A DNA stretch of 63,610 bases from an uncultured bacterium. GTDB lineage: Bacteria; Methylomirabilota; Methylomirabilia; Rokubacteriales; CSP1-6. This document shows positions 59,414 to 63,610 of the stretch, piece by piece; the first letter of the stretch is position 1, and every line of letters starts with the position of its first letter. The stretch lies in the NCBI GenBank assembly GCA_964428805.1, contig CAYRZF010000002.1:1-63610 (forward strand), given 5' to 3'. Below the pieces are notes generated by a model. That model had not been told where the DNA came from. It worked only from the letters and a program-made list of their open reading frames with translations, and did not search any database. Made by a program: the position numbers and the translations under genes.

Positions 59414-59574
59414 GACGCTTGCCTGTTCCTTCCTGGTCCCCTATCCCGAGGCTCCAACCATTTAGAGGGGTTTTTAAGCTTGAAGGATTCAGAATTCCTC
59501 TTTTATTCCCAGAAGTTCAGACGAGGGGGTCAACCCCGCTATTCATCTCTCGGGTGGTCTATAATGGGGCGTCT

Positions 59575-60789
59575 ATGCAGGCGGAAATCCTCAGCATCGG
59601 GTCCGAGCTCCTCCTGGGCCAGATTGTGGATACCAACTCTGCGGTCATCAGCCGCCACCTGGCCGCCATTGGGTTGGACGTCTATTACAGGACGACGGTT
59701 GGGGATAACCTGAACCGTCTGGCTGCCGTTCTCCGCCAGGCCCTGAAGCGGTCTCAGGTCGTCATCACGACCGGTGGCATCGGCCCCACGGCCGACGATG
59801 TCACGCGTGAGGCCGTCGCCCTAGCCACTAACCGGGAACTCGTGTTCTCGGAGCACCTGATGGCCCAGATCGAAGCATTCTTCCGGTCCCGTGGCTTCAA
59901 TTTTTCCCCCTCCAACCGCCGGCAGGCCTTCATTCCCCGGGGGGCCATCCCGGTCGAAAACCCGGTCGGGACCGCGCCCGCCTTCATCGTCCCCGTCGGT
60001 GACCGGTGCGTGATCACCCTGCCGGGGGTTCCCCGGGAAATGGAACACCTGCTCGTGACGCGAGTCCTGCCCTATCTCCGCGAGCGCTACGGTCTCAAGG
60101 GGGAGATCCGCCTTCGCGTTCTCAAAGTCGTCGGGCTCGGAGAGAGCGGGATCGGCGAGCTGCTGGGGGATTTCATGGAGAAGGGGCGAAACCCGACCGT
60201 CGGGACCCTCGCCCACTTGGGTCAGGTGGACGTTCGAATCGCCGCCAAAGGACCCGACGCCGAGGCGGCTCAACGCCTCATCGAGCCCGTGGAGGCGGCG
60301 ATCCGGGAGCGGCTTGGAGATCTGATCTTCGGGGTTGACGGTGAGACCCTGGAAAGCGCCGTCTCGGCCCAGGTCCAACGTCTCGGCGTCCAGGTGGCTG
60401 TCGCCGAGTTGGGCAGTGTCGGGGTGGTGGCCGAGCGCCTGTCTCAAGGGATCGGGCAGGGATTCGCGGGCGCGGTTGTCCTGGGCGACACGCAGGCTGC
60501 GCAGCGGTTGGGGGCAGACCTTCGGCGTGAATCCGGGCCGGAGGTGAAAGCCGGAATCCTGGCCGAGCGGATCCGAGCGTGGCACGGGGTTCAGGTGGGT
60601 GCCGCGACCGTGTTTGAGGAAGATCCCGGCGCTGAGCCTCCGGTGACGGTGGTGGGGCTGGCCGCGGCGCTCGATGGGTGCGTGGAACGCCGCGAATACC
60701 GATTCGGCGGGGACCTACCCTCGATGAGGATCCGGACCGCGACGCTGGCGCTGGACCTCCTCCGACGAACTCTGGCGCGTCGGCCCTGA
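59575..60789 (+). CDS. cinA: CinA-family competence/damage-inducible protein (MoCF-binding plus PncC-like domains)
   Basis: ATG 59575 gives MQAEILSIGSELLLGQIVDTNSAVISRHL, then VITTGGIGPTADDVTREA. TATAAT at 59560-59565. Confidence 0.85.
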   Translation: MQAEILSIGSELLLGQIVDTNSAVISRHLAAIGLDVYYRTTVGDNLNRLAAVLRQALKRSQVVITTGGIGPTADDVTREAVALATNRELVFSEHLMAQIEAFFRSRGFNFSPSNRRQAFIPRGAIPVENPVGTAPAFIVPVGDRCVITLPGVPREMEHLLVTRVLPYLRERYGLKGEIRLRVLKVVGLGESGIGELLGDFMEKGRNPTVGTLAHLGQVDVRIAAKGPDAEAAQRLIEPVEAAIRERLGDLIFGVDGETLESAVSAQVQRLGVQVAVAELGSVGVVAERLSQGIGQGFAGAVVLGDTQAAQRLGADLRRESGPEVKAGILAERIRAWHGVQVGAATVFEEDPGAEPPVTVVGLAAALDGCVERREYRFGGDLPSMRIRTATLALDLLRRTLARRP

Positions 60790-60797
60790 CGCGCGTC

Positions 60798-61373
60798 TCA
60801 CTTTTTTGGAGTCAGCCTGAGATCAAAGCCCAGGCGCACGCCATCGCCGACTGCCAGGAAGAACTTCCTCGGGGGCGTGATCCCGAAGTCGGTCAGCTTC
60901 AGCTCCGCCTCGCCGCGAACCCAGAGCTTTCCCTCGTCGATTCGCGCGCGGCCGGTCCACGTCATGGGGCGCTCAACGCGGCGGATGACCATCACCCCTT
61001 TGATCGTGACGGCGATGTCCGCCCGCTCGGCCAGGGAGGGAAACGAGGCCTGAACTTCCTCCACGGTGAAACGGATCTCCGGATACTTCTCCGTCTCCAG
61101 CGCCTTCCTGAGGTCTCTGTCCCTCCCCTCGATCCCGGTCTTGAGGTCGGCGGGATGTACGGTGACGCTACCGCTCACGCCCCGAGTCACGTTGTCTGGG
61201 TTTATCCGGAATTCCCCCGTCACCTTCTCGGTTGTGCCCGCGAAATCGCCGAGAGGATATCTCGCCTCGAACATCACCCGGCTCCGGTCCTCCGTGACGA
61301 TATAGGACTTCGGTTGGGCATCGGCGCTTGTCGCAACGGCCAGCGCGAGAAGTACGAGGCTAAGGCGGAACAT
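60798..61373 (-). CDS. yceI: YceI-family periplasmic protein
   Basis: 191 aa with a signal peptide. SRVMFEARYPLGDFAGTTEKVTGEF, DLKTGIEGRDRDLR, YPEIRFT. Confidence 0.85.
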   Translation of the reverse strand: MFRLSLVLLALAVATSADAQPKSYIVTEDRSRVMFEARYPLGDFAGTTEKVTGEFRINPDNVTRGVSGSVTVHPADLKTGIEGRDRDLRKALETEKYPEIRFTVEEVQASFPSLAERADIAVTIKGVMVIRRVERPMTWTGRARIDEGKLWVRGEAELKLTDFGITPPRKFFLAVGDGVRLGFDLRLTPKK

Positions 61374-61532
61374 GGCGCGATCTCTCCCCGGGGTTTTTTC
61401 CTGATACCACGGATGCCGGGTGTGGTCAACGGTGAGACCTGAAGCGACGAAACGGCTACGGCTGGTGATCAGCCTTGGGGGGAATTTGGTTGACAGCTAT
61501 GGAGCCCGGGATTTATCGTCGAAACTGCCTAT

Positions 61533-62093
61533 ATGGTGAAGATTTACACGAAGAAGGGCGACGAGGGACAAACCAGCCTCTTTGGGGGCCAGCGGATCTC
61601 GAAGTCGGACCCACGCCCCGAAGCCTACGGCAGCCTGGACGAAGTGTGCGCAATCCTGGGCGTGGTTCGGGCGGTCGCCCAGGATCCCGACCTCCAGGCT
61701 GTGATCCACTCCCTTCAGGAGGATCTTTTCTTGCTCGGCGCCGAGCTGGCCACGGCGCCGGAAGACCGCGCACGGTTCGCCGTTCAGCAGATCACGCCGG
61801 AGCACACGGTCCGGCTGGAATCGCTGATCGACGAACGGCTGGCCAAGATCGAGCTGCCGCGCGCGTTCATTATCCCCGGGTCCTCCTCCTACATTCCCGC
61901 CCTCCTCGACTGGTGCCGGGCGGTGGCGCGGCGTGCCGAGCGGCGGGTGGTCGAGCTCCGCAAGGCCGGTCTCCTCGACAATCCGGAGGTCCTCAAGTAT
62001 TTGAACCGCCTGTCTGATCTGCTCTTCGTCCTGGCCCGCTACCAGGAGGCCGTGGAAGGGAAAGGCGCGGTCCAGTGGCGCGGACGCCGGTAA
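61533..62093 (+). CDS. PduO-type ATP:cob(I)alamin adenosyltransferase
   Basis: MVKIYTKKGDEGQTSLFGG, ARRAERRVV, YLNRLSDLLFVLAR. Confidence 0.88.
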   Translation: MVKIYTKKGDEGQTSLFGGQRISKSDPRPEAYGSLDEVCAILGVVRAVAQDPDLQAVIHSLQEDLFLLGAELATAPEDRARFAVQQITPEHTVRLESLIDERLAKIELPRAFIIPGSSSYIPALLDWCRAVARRAERRVVELRKAGLLDNPEVLKYLNRLSDLLFVLARYQEAVEGKGAVQWRGRR

Positions 62094-63565
62094 GGACCGA
62101 TCGTCGGCACGGTTCCCAGAGAGCCACGGACGCGACCACTGTTCCGAGCGCGAGCTATAGCCTGACCGTCCGGGTCCAGATCCGGAACCGCCCGGGCATG
62201 CTTGGACGCGTCACGTCCGTCATCGGCGCGGCCGGCGGCGACATCGGGGCGGTGGACATTGTGGGGATTACCCCCCAACGGGTCGTCCGAGATCTGACGA
62301 TCAACGCTCGCGACAGCGAGCACGGCCAGGAGATGGTGAGACGCCTCCGCGCCGTCAGCGGGGTGCGGGTGCTCGGCGTCTCGGATCGCACCTTTCTCAT
62401 GCACCTGGGCGGGAAGATCGAGGTGCGCAGCAAGGTTTCCATCCGCACGCGCGAGGACCTGGCCATGGCTGACACGCCCGGCGTGGCTCGCGCGTGCCTT
62501 GCCATCCGGGAAGACCGGGAATGCGCCTTCGCGTTTACCATCAAGCAGAACTCGGTGGCGGTGGTGACCGACGGCAGCGCGGTGTTGGGGCTGGGCGACA
62601 TTGGTCCCGAGGCGGCCTTGCCGGTCATGGAAGGCAAAGCGATGCTCTTCAAGGAGCTCGCGGGGGTTGACGCGTTTCCCATCTGCCTGGCGACCAAGGA
62701 CCCCGACAAGATCGTCGAGGCCGTCAAGTTGATCGCCCCCGGCTTCGGCGGGATCAACCTGGAGGACATCTCCGCCCCGCGATGCTTCGAGGTGGAGGAG
62801 CGCCTGCGCAAGGAATTGGAGATTCCGGTTTTCCACGACGACCAGCATGGAACCGCGGTGGTCGTTCTGGCGGCGTTGCTCAACGCGCTCCGCATCGTCC
62901 GGAAGGACCTGAAAAAGATCAAGGTGGTGGTGTCGGGGGTGGGAGCGGCCGGGACGGCCACGATCAAGATCCTCCTCTCCGTCGGGGTACGCCAGATTAT
63001 CGGCGTGGACGAGCACGGGACCCTCTTCCGGGGGCGGGAAGCGATGGACTTCATGAAGCGGTGGGTGGCCGGAGCGACGAACCCGCGCAACCTGCGCGGG
63101 AGACTGTCCGATGCGATCGAGGGAGCGGACGTGTTCATCGGGCTGTCGGTGCCGGGCGTGCTGACCGTGAAGGAGGTCAAGAAGATGGCGAAGCACCCGA
63201 TCGTGTTCTCCATGGCCAACCCGGTTCCGGAAATCCAGCCCGAGGCGGCAATGCGCCACGTGGCCGTCATGGCCACGGGCCGGTCGGACTATGCGAACCA
63301 GATCAACAACGTGCTGTGCTTTGCTGGTTTCTTCGCGGGATGCTCGACTGGCCGGGCGCGGGCCGTAAACGACGAGATGAAGATCGCCGCCGCTCGGGCC
63401 ATCGCGGAGTGCGTGCCGGCGGATGAGCTCACCGCGGAATACATTATTCCGAGTGTCTTCAGCAAGAAGGTGGTGCCAGCCGTGGCCCAGGCGGTGGCCC
63501 GAGCCGCCCAGCAGACCGGGGTGGCCCGGCGCCGGCGTCACCTGGAGATCCCTTCCCGGTTCTGA
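62075..63565 (+). CDS. NAD(P)-dependent malic enzyme with N-terminal ACT domain
   Basis: ACT-like VRVQIRNRPGMLGRVTSVIG, then AVVTDGSAVLGLGDIG, PVMEGKAMLFKELAGVDA, GINLEDISAPRCF, VVSGVGAAGTA. Confidence 0.88.
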   Translation: MARTPVRTDRRHGSQRATDATTVPSASYSLTVRVQIRNRPGMLGRVTSVIGAAGGDIGAVDIVGITPQRVVRDLTINARDSEHGQEMVRRLRAVSGVRVLGVSDRTFLMHLGGKIEVRSKVSIRTREDLAMADTPGVARACLAIREDRECAFAFTIKQNSVAVVTDGSAVLGLGDIGPEAALPVMEGKAMLFKELAGVDAFPICLATKDPDKIVEAVKLIAPGFGGINLEDISAPRCFEVEERLRKELEIPVFHDDQHGTAVVVLAALLNALRIVRKDLKKIKVVVSGVGAAGTATIKILLSVGVRQIIGVDEHGTLFRGREAMDFMKRWVAGATNPRNLRGRLSDAIEGADVFIGLSVPGVLTVKEVKKMAKHPIVFSMANPVPEIQPEAAMRHVAVMATGRSDYANQINNVLCFAGFFAGCSTGRARAVNDEMKIAAARAIAECVPADELTAEYIIPSVFSKKVVPAVAQAVARAAQQTGVARRRRHLEIPSRF

Positions 63566-63610
63566 TCAGCGGGTTCGAACGGCCATGGGCGGAGGATACG
63601 GGATCGTCTG

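Noticed and set aside
62039-63541. 500-aa and 373-aa minus-strand ORFs opposite the malic enzyme gene.
   Set aside because: The same reasoning applies. The plus-strand frame carries the ACT and malic-enzyme motifs.
1-63610. CRISPR arrays, IS elements, integrases, prophage genes and large direct repeats.
   Set aside because: None was seen on either strand. The paralogue pairs (two LysR, two PhnE, IscS/NifS, IscU/NifU-like) are diverged genes, not repeats.

Overview
This is a visibly GC-rich bacterial chromosomal segment with frequent GTG/TTG starts. I found no rRNA, tRNA, CRISPR array, transposase or integrase. About 70 protein genes are supported, nearly all housekeeping or metabolic. From left to right: a Zn/Mn-type ABC importer, a formamidase, a UxaA-type dehydratase, a ClpS-like adaptor, and MaoC plus a tandem acyl-CoA dehydrogenase fusion. 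Next come a LysR/isocitrate-lyase-family pair, NUDIX, a disrupted amidase, TlpA-CcdA-ThrB, and dcd-pup-FmdB. Then a split indolepyruvate:ferredoxin oxidoreductase and a membrane-anchored sulfite-oxidase-family enzyme. A selenium-linked block follows: a LysR regulator, selD, a PhnDCEE-like ABC importer, a pentahaem cytochrome c and a glycosyltransferase. After it come a MoxR/DUF58/BatA-vWA/TPR operon, a GalT-like protein and gdh. Then a complete iscRSUA-hscBA-fdx-iscX operon, a second sulfur module (DsrEFH-like, NifS, NifU-like, CysE), dinB, rpoD, cinA, yceI, a PduO-type adenosyltransferase and an ACT-malic enzyme. The most useful signals are invisible to the ORF track. selD has an in-frame UGA in its N-terminal catalytic loop. 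A complete glutaredoxin-like gene (44177-44416, minus strand) is interrupted by a UGA at the first position of its CxxC motif and is followed by a perfect 9-bp hairpin. Both are best read as selenoproteins. The best candidate for an undescribed system is the selD neighbourhood (26.6-34.9 kb). It couples selenophosphate synthesis to an ABC importer, a secreted multihaem cytochrome and a lone glycosyltransferase, and none of the classical downstream selenium-utilisation genes is in the window. All functional calls come from motif recognition by eye. No database search was possible.
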